Of a DNA stretch of 64,000 nucleotides, positions 1 to 8,929 are shown piece after piece. The notes beneath the pieces are model-generated. The model did no database searches and was not told the DNA's origin. It saw only the letters and a list, made by a program, of their open reading frames with translations. Source of the stretch: Planctomycetota bacterium. GTDB lineage: Bacteria > Planctomycetota > B15-G4 > SIAN01. The stretch covers positions 192,568-256,567 of the forward strand of contig JANNXA010000040.1 of NCBI GenBank assembly GCA_031409275.1. Direction: 5' to 3'. Position 1 is the stretch's first letter. Each line of letters starts with the position of its first letter. A program made the position numbers and the translations under genes.

Positions 1-532
1 CGTCGCTGGTCGGCAATCGACCGCCGGCCCACGCGGCGAAACGTCGGGCGTCGTCGCCGCTCATCCCACCGACCGGAACACGCTCCGCTCCGTACGAATA
101 GCGACCGCCACGCCAACCCTGCGGCGCAGCGCCGCCTTCCGCCCGAAGAAAACTCCACCACTCGTAGCTGCTGACCTCGATGTCGTCGATCGTGTACGCG
201 GCGAGTTCGATGTCGCGTGGGGGGTTCTGATCAGGCGGGAAGGAGGAGCCGACGCGCCGCACGCCAGCCGCCATCGGCAACGGCACGGCTCGACGCGGCC
301 GATGAGCGCGAACGTATTCGAGCGCGGTGCGCGCCTCGAAACCGGCCGGCGCGACGGCGGCCGCCAGCTCGGAGTCGAGCTCCGCAGGCAGGGCGAGCAA
401 TCCAGCCTGGGCGGCGAGTCGCTCGCTGCGGCTGGGCGCCGCGAGCGCCGCGACGAGTTCCTCGACGGTGAGCGCGCGCGCCGATGCGGCGGCGCCCCAC
501 CAGGCGATCAGGAGAAATCGAACTGGTACCAC
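1..532 (-). CDS. Secreted SUMF1/EgtB/PvdO (FGE-sulfatase) family domain protein, 5' part only (runs off the window)
   Basis: Not in the ORF track. Manual minus-strand translation from GTG 532: MVPVRFLLIAWWGAAASARA (signal-like)...YTIDDIEVSSYEWWSF...VPVGGMSGDDARRFAAWAGGRLPTSD, matching the FGE-domain pattern ID..EV....F...PV..S..DA..FA.W.G.RLPT. Open to position 1. Confidence 0.7.
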   Translation of the reverse strand, partial: MVPVRFLLIAWWGAAASARALTVEELVAALAAPSRSERLAAQAGLLALPAELDSELAAAVAPAGFEARTALEYVRAHRPRRAVPLPMAAGVRRVGSSFPPDQNPPRDIELAAYTIDDIEVSSYEWWSFLRAEGGAAPQGWRGGRYSYGAERVPVGGMSGDDARRFAAWAGGRLPTSD

Positions 533-1581
533 AGGTCGGCTCCACAGGGACTCAAGCGAGCAGCGGTTGGCGGCGGCAACGGCGGCAGCATCGGTACGAG
601 CGCGCCGGCGTCACGTGGCGCGACGAAGATCCAGGCGCGATCGACGACGCGCGCGGCGAGGAAGGCGGCGGCGACGTTCGGCCCACCCTCGACCAGCAGG
701 CGACGCACGCCGCGCTGATGGAGCGCTGGCAGCAGTTCGCCGTCGAGGTCGTGCGGATCGTGCAACGGGAGATGGAGGACCCCCGCCGGCACGGAAGCCG
801 CCGGACGCGCGTGCGTCTCCGTCACCCACCACGTCGGCGCGGCGCCGTCGACGAAACAGCGGGCGCTCGCCGGCACCCGCGCGCGGCCATCGACGACGAC
901 GCGCACGAGCGGCCGCGGACCGGGCGGACGCGCGGTCAGCTGCGGATCGTCGCGCAGCACCGTTCCTGAACCGACCAGGATCGCGTCCACGCGCGCGCGA
1001 AGTTCGTGCCCCTTCGCGCGCGCCGCGTCGCCGGAGATCCAGCGCACGGTGGGGTCGGCGTTCTGCCAACCACCGTCCTGGCCCTCGGCCCACTTGAGGA
1101 AGACGAACGGACGTGCCCGCCCGAGATGCGCGGCAAAACGGGCGATCAGCGCTTTGGACTCCGGCGAGTCGACGAGTGCCACGTCGATGCCGCTCGCCTT
1201 CAGCTGCGCGAGGCCGGCTCCCGCGTGACGCGGATCGGGATCGAGCGCGCCGACGACGACGCGCGACACTCCCGCCGCGCGCAACGCTTCGACGCACGGC
1301 GGCTGCTTCTTCGCTCCGCCACGGGCACTGCACGGCTCGAGCGTCACCACCAGCGTCGCGCCGCGCGCGGCGTCGCCGGCCACCGCGAGCGCCTCCGCTT
1401 CGGCGTGCAGGCTGCCCCATTCCCGATGAAAGCCCTCGCCCACTCTCCGCTCGCGCTGCAGCAGGACGGCGCCGACCGGCGGATTGGGCTCGACCGCGCC
1501 GACCCCAAGACCGGCCAGCTCGATCGCACGCGCGAGCGCTGCCGCCTCCGGTGGTGCCAACGAGTGGACGGGCGCGTTCAT
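508..1581 (-). CDS. ribD: Bifunctional riboflavin biosynthesis deaminase/reductase
   Basis: PNPPVGAV, HAE and TLEPC..C Zn-deaminase motifs; reductase motifs WISG, DAILVGSGTV..DDP.LT and LLVEGG. Start set at ATG 1581. Confidence 0.95.
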   Translation of the reverse strand: MNAPVHSLAPPEAAALARAIELAGLGVGAVEPNPPVGAVLLQRERRVGEGFHREWGSLHAEAEALAVAGDAARGATLVVTLEPCSARGGAKKQPPCVEALRAAGVSRVVVGALDPDPRHAGAGLAQLKASGIDVALVDSPESKALIARFAAHLGRARPFVFLKWAEGQDGGWQNADPTVRWISGDAARAKGHELRARVDAILVGSGTVLRDDPQLTARPPGPRPLVRVVVDGRARVPASARCFVDGAAPTWWVTETHARPAASVPAGVLHLPLHDPHDLDGELLPALHQRGVRRLLVEGGPNVAAAFLAARVVDRAWIFVAPRDAGALVPMLPPLPPPTAARLSPCGADLWYQFDFS

Positions 1582-1588
1582 CGCCGAC

Positions 1589-2938
1589 TCACGCTCCCGG
1601 GACCAGCTCTCCGGAGAGGCTGAGCGCCGTCGCATCGCCGATGCGCACCGGGACGATCTGCCCCTTCAGCGCGGCATCGCCGCGGAAGTGCACGATGCGG
1701 TTCGCCGACGTCCGGCCGGTGAGCACCGCCGCGTTGCGTTTGCTCGGCCCCTCGACCAGCGCGTGTTCGATGCTGCCGATGCGCGCGCGATTGCGGCGCC
1801 GCTGGATCTCGTCTTGCGCGTGCAACAGTTCATGGTTGCGCGCCTCCTTCACCGCCTGGGGCACGTCGTCCACCATGCGCTCCACCGCTGCGGTGCCCGG
1901 TCGCGCCGAGTACTTGAAGATGAACGCCTGCACGAACTCGGCGCGTCGAACCAGCTCCATGGTGGCCGCGAACTCGTCGTCGGTCTCGCCGCAGAAACCG
2001 ACGATCAGGTCGGTCGCGAGCTCGATCTTCGGCGCGACCGCTCGCAGCCGATCGGAAAGGCGCAGGTACGACTCCGCCGTGTAGCCGCGCGCCATCCGCT
2101 TGAGGCAGCTGTTCGAGCCCGACTGCACCGGCAGGTGCAGGTAGGAGACCACCTTCTCGCAATCCTGCAGCGACTGCATGAGGTCGGGCGTCAGCAAGGT
2201 CGGGAACGAGGTGACGAAGCGCAGCCGAAGCAGTCCGTCGATGCGATCGAGTCGCCGCAAGAGCCTCGCCAACGAGGCGTCACCGCCCGACTTGCGCCCG
2301 TACGCATTGACGATCTGCCCGAGCAGCGTGATGTCGACCACGCCATCGGCAACGAGCGCGCGGACCTCCGCTTCGAGGTCCTCCATCGAGCGCTCGACTT
2401 CGGCGCCGCGCGTCCGCGGGACGACGCAGAAGGTGCAGGCGCGATCGCAGCCGCGCTGGATCGTGACGAACGCCGAGTGCTTCTGCGGCCGCTGCGCGAG
2501 GTCGCGCCGGCCATCGGGCAGCGGGTCGTGCTCGCCGAGCGCCACGATCGGGCCGCTGCCGCCACGCACGCGCTCGACGAGCTCGTCGATGCGCCCGAAC
2601 TCGCGCGTGCCGCAGAGGATGTCGACGTGGGGAAAACGTTCGAGCAGCGCTTCGCCCTCGCGTTGCGCCATGCAGCCGAGGACGGCGACCACGAGGCCCG
2701 GATGGCGCTCCTTCGCCCCGCGCAACTCGTAGAGGCGCGCACGAACGCGCTCTTCGGCATGGTCGCGCACGGCGCAGGTGTTGAAGGCGACGACGTCGGC
2801 GTCGTCCCGGCGCGACGTGAAGACGTAGTGACGCGCGGCGAGCCGTCCGCGGACGAGCTCGGAGTCGAGGAAGTTCATCTGGCAGCCGAAGGTCTCGAGG
2901 AAGACTTTTGGCGGCGGAGCAGCGACGTCGGGTTCCAT
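1589..2938 (-). CDS. miaB: tRNA-i6A37 methylthiotransferase
   Basis: TFGCQMN, NTCAVR and GCMAQ (UPF0004), radical SAM CDRACTFC, LHLPVQSGS, and a C-terminal TRAM domain. Start at ATG 2938. Confidence 0.93.
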   Translation of the reverse strand: MEPDVAAPPPKVFLETFGCQMNFLDSELVRGRLAARHYVFTSRRDDADVVAFNTCAVRDHAEERVRARLYELRGAKERHPGLVVAVLGCMAQREGEALLERFPHVDILCGTREFGRIDELVERVRGGSGPIVALGEHDPLPDGRRDLAQRPQKHSAFVTIQRGCDRACTFCVVPRTRGAEVERSMEDLEAEVRALVADGVVDITLLGQIVNAYGRKSGGDASLARLLRRLDRIDGLLRLRFVTSFPTLLTPDLMQSLQDCEKVVSYLHLPVQSGSNSCLKRMARGYTAESYLRLSDRLRAVAPKIELATDLIVGFCGETDDEFAATMELVRRAEFVQAFIFKYSARPGTAAVERMVDDVPQAVKEARNHELLHAQDEIQRRRNRARIGSIEHALVEGPSKRNAAVLTGRTSANRIVHFRGDAALKGQIVPVRIGDATALSLSGELVPGA

Positions 2939-2969
2939 GGGCCGCGCGAGGATAGCGCGGCGGCGCGGC

Positions 2970-4061
2970 TCAAGAGGAGGCGGCTGCCTCGGCGAACCGC
3001 TCCTTGTTCTTCTCGAACCACTCCTCCCACGCCTTGACGCCCTTCTCACGGTCGGACGGCGTGCCGTCGACGACGTTGAAGCGCTGGTTGTTGCCGGTCA
3101 GCGCGACGAGCGCGTCCTGCGCCTCCTCGCGGACGATCAGCTCGCTGTCGCGCAACAGTTTGATCAAGCGGCCGACGGCGGGTCGCGCGTTGAGTTCCCG
3201 CATCGCGCTGATGACGCGGAACTTGACGAAGGTGTCGCTGTCGGCGAGCAGCGGGAGCAAGTACGGCACGACCACGGGGTCGCGCTTCTTCGCGAGCCGA
3301 TCGACCGCCTGCCAACGGACTCCTTCGTCCTTGCTCGCGAGTTCGCCGACCAGCTTGGCCGATTCGGCATCGAGCTTCGGCTCGGTCTGAGCCTCGGGGC
3401 CCGGCGCGCCCGCGCCTTCGACCGCGGCCGCGGGCCCGGGCGCCGAATTGCCGATGGCCGTGACGCGCGCAGCGAGTCCCTGCGCAAGGTTCTTCAGCTC
3501 TCCGAGCTCGTGATCGAAGCGACCCTGGACGAGCTCGAGTCGCTGCACGACTTCGCGATCGGAGCGCAACGAGCCCAGCAGGGTCGAGATCTCCTGGTTC
3601 GCGCGCTCGGTCGTCTCGATCCGGTGCAGTTGATCCGCCAGCGCGGCGCGCAGCGCCGCCGGCTCGTTGGCGAACTTCTCCACGCGAGTCGCGATCGACT
3701 CGAGGCGCCCGCGCGCGGCCGCGCCATCTTCGAGCAGCCGATCGAGCGTCTTCTCCACGCCATCGAGGCGACCACGCAGGTCGGGTTGCGCGTCGAGGCG
3801 CGTCCGTGCATCGAGCGCATGGAAGAGCCCGGCGCCGCCGACTCCGAGCGCCGCCAACGCGATCAGCGTGACGGCGAAACCGCCGCCCCCCCCGCGCGTG
3901 CTTGCCATCACCATGGCCGGCGCTCCGGCCGTGGCCGCGCTGCCGGCCGGAGGAACGCACTTCGCGCAGATCATCTTCCCGCGCGCGGTGGTCACGCGGC
4001 TGTTCTCGAGGTCTTCCTGCTTGATGCTCTCGTTGCAGAGATCGCAGAAGTAGATCTTCAC
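2970..4061 (-). CDS. Zn-ribbon / TM / coiled-coil / HEAT-repeat protein
   Basis: N-terminal CDLC...CAKC, hydrophobic helix FAVTLIALAALGVGGAGLF, heptad-like middle region, C-terminal HEAT/PBS repeats. Strong RBS AAGGAAGGGG before GTG. Confidence 0.8.
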   Translation of the reverse strand: MKIYFCDLCNESIKQEDLENSRVTTARGKMICAKCVPPAGSAATAGAPAMVMASTRGGGGGFAVTLIALAALGVGGAGLFHALDARTRLDAQPDLRGRLDGVEKTLDRLLEDGAAARGRLESIATRVEKFANEPAALRAALADQLHRIETTERANQEISTLLGSLRSDREVVQRLELVQGRFDHELGELKNLAQGLAARVTAIGNSAPGPAAAVEGAGAPGPEAQTEPKLDAESAKLVGELASKDEGVRWQAVDRLAKKRDPVVVPYLLPLLADSDTFVKFRVISAMRELNARPAVGRLIKLLRDSELIVREEAQDALVALTGNNQRFNVVDGTPSDREKGVKAWEEWFEKNKERFAEAAASS

Positions 4062-4151
4062 GTTCCCCTTCCTTTCGTCAGCTCGGGCCCCCGCCCGTTC
4101 CGTGCCGCGATCCGCAACCGCTGGCGCCCGGATCGAAGCACGCGTCTTCTC

Positions 4152-4601
4152 TCAAGTGCAGATTTCGGCGGCGGCAACGGCGAGCAGTGCCATTCCCGTC
4201 AAGTACGCCACCATCCCGACCACGGTCGGCGCCGCCGCGAGGAGCTGCTCGCGCGGCGCGAGGACGACGTCGGGCGGGATCGAGTCGATTGCGATCGGGA
4301 TCGACAGCTGATGGCAGCGTGAGCAGTAGAGCTGCCGGAACGGGATCAGCTCGCCGCATGCCGCGCACGGCTTGATCCGGTCGGCATCCTCGTCCTGCTT
4401 CGCGCGCGCGCCGCATTGCGGACAGGGATCCTGGTCGAAGCGCAGGATCACGCCGCACTGCAGGCACGGGCGCACGCGATCGTCGTCGGCCGGGGCACCG
4501 GCGCCCGCGGCGCCGCAGGCACCGCAGCGAAGTGCCGAGAACGGCATCAGCGCACCGCAACGAACGCAGGGACGGATCCGCTCCGAGCGAGTCGCGGACA
4601 T
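4152..4601 (-). CDS. Triple double-zinc-ribbon membrane protein
   Basis: Three repeats of R(I/V)xPCxxCGxx(L/I/M)xFxxxxCxxC (six CxxC pairs) and a C-terminal TM helix. Confidence 0.75.
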   Translation of the reverse strand: MSATRSERIRPCVRCGALMPFSALRCGACGAAGAGAPADDDRVRPCLQCGVILRFDQDPCPQCGARAKQDEDADRIKPCAACGELIPFRQLYCSRCHQLSIPIAIDSIPPDVVLAPREQLLAAAPTVVGMVAYLTGMALLAVAAAEICT

Positions 4602-4713
4602 CGGAACTGCTCCTGACGGCACGGCGAACGAGCCGCGACCGGGGCGGCAGGTCGCCGCGCTCCGGGAGCGCTCGTCGCCGGATCAACGGCGCGGATGATA
4701 CGCCGCGAGCCGC

Positions 4714-5301
4714 CTAGCTCCGCGTCTTGTCCACGCTGGCGTACCAGCTGCGCCACTGCGCGATGGCCGCCTGGCGCGTGGCCGAATCGCCGTCGATCGA
4801 ATAGCCGAAATCTCGCGAGGTGGTCGCGCTGAGCTGTTCGTGACAGCGGTAGCGCACCCCCGACTCGGGGTGGTCGAGCCCATCGATCAGGATCGGCAGG
4901 ACATCCCACTCGCCACGGGCGGCAAGCCCGGTCGCGGCCTCGAAGCGAACCGTGGAGTCCTCGTCCTCGAGCCCATCTCGCAGCGTCGCTTCGATGACCT
5001 TCATCCGATGCGGCTGCTCGATGTCCTTGATCTGCGCGAGGACGTACATCGCGTTGCTGCGCAGGCGCGCGTTCTCGTCCTTGGCGAGCTCTGCCATCTG
5101 GTCGACCGCGAAGACGTCGTAGGCGATCAGGCGTCGCAGATCAGCGAACAGCGTCGGGCCGTTGCCGATGCGAACCGACTGGACGATCGTCGCGATCTGA
5201 CGCTGGATCTCGTGGTTCGCGGGGTGGCTGTCGATCGGATCGGAAGCACACCCGACCAGCGTCATCCCACCGACGAACAGGAAGCAGCGCAAAAGGCTCA
5301 T
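4714..5301 (-). CDS. HEAT-repeat lipoprotein
   Basis: Lipobox LVGC after a hydrophobic stretch; HEAT repeats (LEDEDSTVRFEAA, LDHPESGVR); GGAG before ATG 5301. Confidence 0.75.
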   Translation of the reverse strand: MSLLRCFLFVGGMTLVGCASDPIDSHPANHEIQRQIATIVQSVRIGNGPTLFADLRRLIAYDVFAVDQMAELAKDENARLRSNAMYVLAQIKDIEQPHRMKVIEATLRDGLEDEDSTVRFEAATGLAARGEWDVLPILIDGLDHPESGVRYRCHEQLSATTSRDFGYSIDGDSATRQAAIAQWRSWYASVDKTRS

Positions 5302-5374
5302 CGCTCGACTCCACGCAGAAAATCGTTCCGTTCGATCCATCGGCCGAATCGCCGTGGGAGCTTGAGGAGGACGA

Positions 5375-6454
5375 TCAGTGCGGCGTTGGCGCGAGCGGAG
5401 TGAGCGTGCCTGCGAAGAGCACCCGATCGTCGGCGTACGCCACGCCGACCTGCCCGGGGGTGAGCGCCTCTCCGGGCGCGTCGAGATCGAGCGTCACCAT
5501 CCCTGCCGCGATCTCTCGAACGATCGCCGCCACCGGCGAGTGGTGCGCGCGCACCTGGAGCTGCACCGCCAGGCCCGGCACGAGGGTCGCTCGATCGACC
5601 AGGAAGTTCGGGGCACGGACGCTGGCGACGCGCTGCAGCAGGTCCGTCCGATCTCCGACCACCACCTCGTTCGTCTCGGGATCGGTCCGGACCACGTAGC
5701 GAGGTGTTCCGGTCGCCAGCGCGAGCCCTTTGCGCTGCCCGACCGTGAAGCCGGCCGCGCCCGCGTGGGTACCGAGCGGCGTCCCATCGAGGTCTCGGAC
5801 CACGCCGGGACGCAGCAGTTCGGGCCGACGCTCGCGCAGGAGGTCGCGATAGTCCCCGGTTGGAACGAAGCAGATCTCCTGGCTCTCGGGCTTGGCATGA
5901 ACCGGGAGGCCTGCGCGCCGGGCATGGTCGCGGACCTGCGACTTCTCGAGATCCGCGAGCGGGAAGAGGGCGCGTGCCAGGTTGCGGCGATCGACGGTCG
6001 CCAGCACATACGACTGGTCCTTGGCGAGATCTTGCGCGCGGCGGAGCGCCACCTCGTCGCCGTGCACGTCGATGCGCGCGTAGTGGCCGGTCGCCAGCCG
6101 TTGTGCTCCCATCCGCTCCGCGAATTCGAGGAGCGCACCGAACTTGAGTTCGCGGTTGCACTGGACGCAGGGATTGGGCGTCTCGCCGCGCGCGTAGGCC
6201 GCGACGAACTCGTCGATGACGCGGCGGAACGGCTCGGCATGGTCGAGCGCGTAGAACGGAATCGACAGCGCGGCCGCGACCTCCTCGGCGTCGCGCGCAT
6301 CGGTGGCGCCGCAGCATCCTTGTCCCTTGCCGCGCGCCCCGGCCTCGATGCCGTTGCGCAGGAAGACACCGACGACGTCGTGCCCCGCCTCCCGCAGGAG
6401 CAGGGCACTGACCGACGAGTCGACGCCGCCCGACATCGCGACCACGATCCGCAC
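5375..6454 (-). CDS. mnmA: tRNA 2-thiouridine(34) synthase
   Basis: AMSGGVDSS PP-loop, TPNPCVQCN, ATGHY, KDQSY, ESQEICF, FTVGQRKG. GGAGG RBS before GTG 6454. Confidence 0.95.
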   Translation of the reverse strand: MRIVVAMSGGVDSSVSALLLREAGHDVVGVFLRNGIEAGARGKGQGCCGATDARDAEEVAAALSIPFYALDHAEPFRRVIDEFVAAYARGETPNPCVQCNRELKFGALLEFAERMGAQRLATGHYARIDVHGDEVALRRAQDLAKDQSYVLATVDRRNLARALFPLADLEKSQVRDHARRAGLPVHAKPESQEICFVPTGDYRDLLRERRPELLRPGVVRDLDGTPLGTHAGAAGFTVGQRKGLALATGTPRYVVRTDPETNEVVVGDRTDLLQRVASVRAPNFLVDRATLVPGLAVQLQVRAHHSPVAAIVREIAAGMVTLDLDAPGEALTPGQVGVAYADDRVLFAGTLTPLAPTPH

Positions 6455-6546
6455 GAAACGACCTCCGGAGTGCAACTGGCGACTTGTCCCGCGTGGGAGG
6501 CGCCGCAACAATGCGCGGCCCTTTCTACCCCCCGAAGGATCGCCGC

Positions 6547-6963
6547 ATGTTGCTCGTCTCCCTGCTCCTCTTCCTCCAGGGTGCAGGCCCGGAGAGCGGC
6601 GCCGCCGCACCCGCCGGCGGCGCGCCCGGCACCGCTGCACGCCCCGCACCGAGCCTCTTCGGCGCCGACATGCTGGTGCCCCTGCTCGGCTTCATGGTGA
6701 TCTTCTATTTCCTCATGTGGCGACCGCAGGCGAAGGAGCGCAAGGCTCGCGCCGCGCTCTTGGCCGCAGTGAAGAAGGGCGATCGGGTCGTCCTGACTTG
6801 CGGCATGGTCGGGGACGTCGCCGCTCTCACCGAGCATGACGTGCTGATTCGCTTCGACGACAAGGATCAGCGTCGGCTGCGCTTCAAGCGCTACGCGATC
6901 CACACCGTCGTCAAGGACGACGACTCGCCGCCGAGCGAGACGGCCGACACTCCGCCGAAGTGA
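6547..6963 (+). CDS. yajC: Preprotein translocase subunit YajC
   Basis: FYFLMWRPQ.K.......L..VKKGDRVV..CG..G.V signature. Confidence 0.88.
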   Translation: MLLVSLLLFLQGAGPESGAAAPAGGAPGTAARPAPSLFGADMLVPLLGFMVIFYFLMWRPQAKERKARAALLAAVKKGDRVVLTCGMVGDVAALTEHDVLIRFDDKDQRRLRFKRYAIHTVVKDDDSPPSETADTPPK

Positions 6964-7049
6964 CGTGCGCGGAGTGATCCGTCACCACCGGTCACTCGAC
7001 GACGTCGAAGCTCCAGCCGGCGATCGTCGCCGGCGCTGGAGCTTCGATC

Positions 7050-7418
7050 ATGGAGCCGCACGCCCTCGGTCGCGCTGCGGAGCAGGCGGTCGCCCGGTTC
7101 CTGTCTCGCCGCGGCTACCTCCTGCTCGGGAAGAATCTTCGGTTCCAGCGTGGCGAGCTCGATCTCGTCGCCTCGCGCGCCGGCCAGCTCTGGTTCATCG
7201 AGGTGAAGTGCCGCGGCCGGTCGGACGTCGGCCCGCCCCACCGCGCCATCGATGCACGGAAGCGACGCGCACTGTTTGCTGCTGCACGCGAGTACGTCCA
7301 CCGAGCGCGCTATGGGGGCAGCTACGGCTTCCTCGTGGCGTCGGTGGTTTGGGCGCAGGCCCCGGCGCCGCCGATCATCACCGTCGCTCGGCTCCAGGTG
7401 ACACCGCCCCTCCATTGA
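7050..7418 (+). CDS. yraN: YraN/UPF0102 family putative endonuclease
   Basis: LG..AE..V..FL...GY.LL.KN, GELDLV, FIEVKCR. Confidence 0.85.
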   Translation: MEPHALGRAAEQAVARFLSRRGYLLLGKNLRFQRGELDLVASRAGQLWFIEVKCRGRSDVGPPHRAIDARKRRALFAAAREYVHRARYGGSYGFLVASVVWAQAPAPPIITVARLQVTPPLH

Positions 7419-7458
7419 CGCTGCAACGGCGACGCGCCGAAGCGGTTGAGACCGACTG

Positions 7459-8904
7459 ATGGCCCTCGCAAACGGCAACGCACTATCGACACGCCGCCTC
7501 GCCCTCGTCCTCGGCGAGAGCGCGCTGCTCTGGTTGGTGTGCACTGCCGTTACGAGCTTCCGCGACGTCATCGAGGTGTACGCCCGTCCCGAAGGCGGTT
7601 CGATCTCCGACGTCGTCTGGCCACCCTTCGTCTGGCGAGGCGCGGTCCTCACGCTCATCTGCCAGATCTGCTTCATGTTGCAGGATCTCTACGACTGGCG
7701 CGTCACCAGCAACTCGAACCAGACCAGCGTCAAGTTGCTCGAGTCGATCTTCTATGCCGGGATCCTGGTCGGGATGGTCCATTACGCCATCCATTCGGGC
7801 GCCTCGGTGATCCCGCCGCCGCGCGTCGCGGCCTACACCAGCCGACCATGGACTTCGCTCGCGGCGCTGGTGGCAGTGCTCCCCGTCTCGCACTTCTATC
7901 GCGTGTTCTTCCACTGGATCTTCGCGCGGTGGCAGCTGCATGAGCGGGTGCTCCTCGTGGGTGCCGGGAACATGGCGCACACGCTCCTGCAGGAGATCCA
8001 CCGACTGCACGATCCGGCCTACGAGCTCATCGGCTACGTGAATTGCGATGCGGAGCCGGCCAAGGATTTCGAATTGCCCTGTCTCGGTCCCGCCGACCAG
8101 CTCGAGTCGATCGCGGGAACGCATCGCGCGAGTCGCGTCGTCGTCGCGCTCGACGAGCGGCGCGGAAAGCTGCCGGTCATCGAGCTGCTCAACTGTCGAC
8201 TCTCCGGGATGCGCGTCGAGGAAGCCGAGCTGCTCTACGAGCGCCTCACCGGCAAGATCGCCGTGCAGCGCCTGCGCCCGAGCTACCTGGTCTTCTCCGA
8301 GGGCTTCACGCAGGGGCGCGTCACCTTCGCGGTGAAGCGCGCTCTCGATCTCGTGCTCTCGATCGTCGGCCTGATGCTGGCCGTGCCGATCGCTCTGGTG
8401 ACGGCCGTCGCCATCAAGGCCGAGTCGCGCGGCCCCGTCTTCTACGGCCAGACCCGCGTCGGCAAGGATGGCCGCGTCTTCACCGTCTACAAGTTCCGCT
8501 CGATGCGCACCGATGCCGAGAAGGGCGGTCCGCAATGGGCGGCGAAGAACGACAGCCGAGTGACTCGCGTCGGTCAGTTCATCCGCAAGACGCGCATCGA
8601 CGAGATCCCGCAGATGTGGAACGTGCTGCGCAACGAGATGTCGTTCGTCGGGCCGCGACCGGAACGGCCGTTCTTCGTCGACGAGCTGCGCAAGCAGATC
8701 CCGTACTACATGGAGCGCCTCCTGGTGAAGCCCGGGCTCACCGGCTGGGCGCAGATCAACTACCAGTACGGCTCGTCGGTCGAAGACGCGTTGACCAAGC
8801 TCCAGTACGACCTCTGGTACATCAAGAACCTGTCGATCTTCGTCGATCTGCTGATCGTGCTGCGGACCATCAAGGTCATCGTGCTGCGCCGCGGCGCGAA
8901 CTGA
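7459..8904 (+). CDS. Polyprenyl-phosphate glycosylphosphotransferase (initiating sugar transferase)
   Basis: N-terminal TMs, a Rossmann-like middle domain, and Bac_transf motifs KFRSM, RKTRIDEIPQ, MSFVGPRPE, KPGLTGWAQ, DLWYI. Confidence 0.93.
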   Translation: MALANGNALSTRRLALVLGESALLWLVCTAVTSFRDVIEVYARPEGGSISDVVWPPFVWRGAVLTLICQICFMLQDLYDWRVTSNSNQTSVKLLESIFYAGILVGMVHYAIHSGASVIPPPRVAAYTSRPWTSLAALVAVLPVSHFYRVFFHWIFARWQLHERVLLVGAGNMAHTLLQEIHRLHDPAYELIGYVNCDAEPAKDFELPCLGPADQLESIAGTHRASRVVVALDERRGKLPVIELLNCRLSGMRVEEAELLYERLTGKIAVQRLRPSYLVFSEGFTQGRVTFAVKRALDLVLSIVGLMLAVPIALVTAVAIKAESRGPVFYGQTRVGKDGRVFTVYKFRSMRTDAEKGGPQWAAKNDSRVTRVGQFIRKTRIDEIPQMWNVLRNEMSFVGPRPERPFFVDELRKQIPYYMERLLVKPGLTGWAQINYQYGSSVEDALTKLQYDLWYIKNLSIFVDLLIVLRTIKVIVLRRGAN

Positions 8905-8929
8905 ACGAGCGGCATCCTCGCCGCGAAGC

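Noticed and set aside
4062..4154. Possible Sec read-through fusing the zinc-ribbon gene (…ICT-UGA) in frame to the 2970-4061 gene
   Set aside because: The frame is open for 30 codons, but that is common at this GC content. The downstream gene has its own strong RBS, the UGA follows a TM helix, and no clear SECIS hairpin is present.
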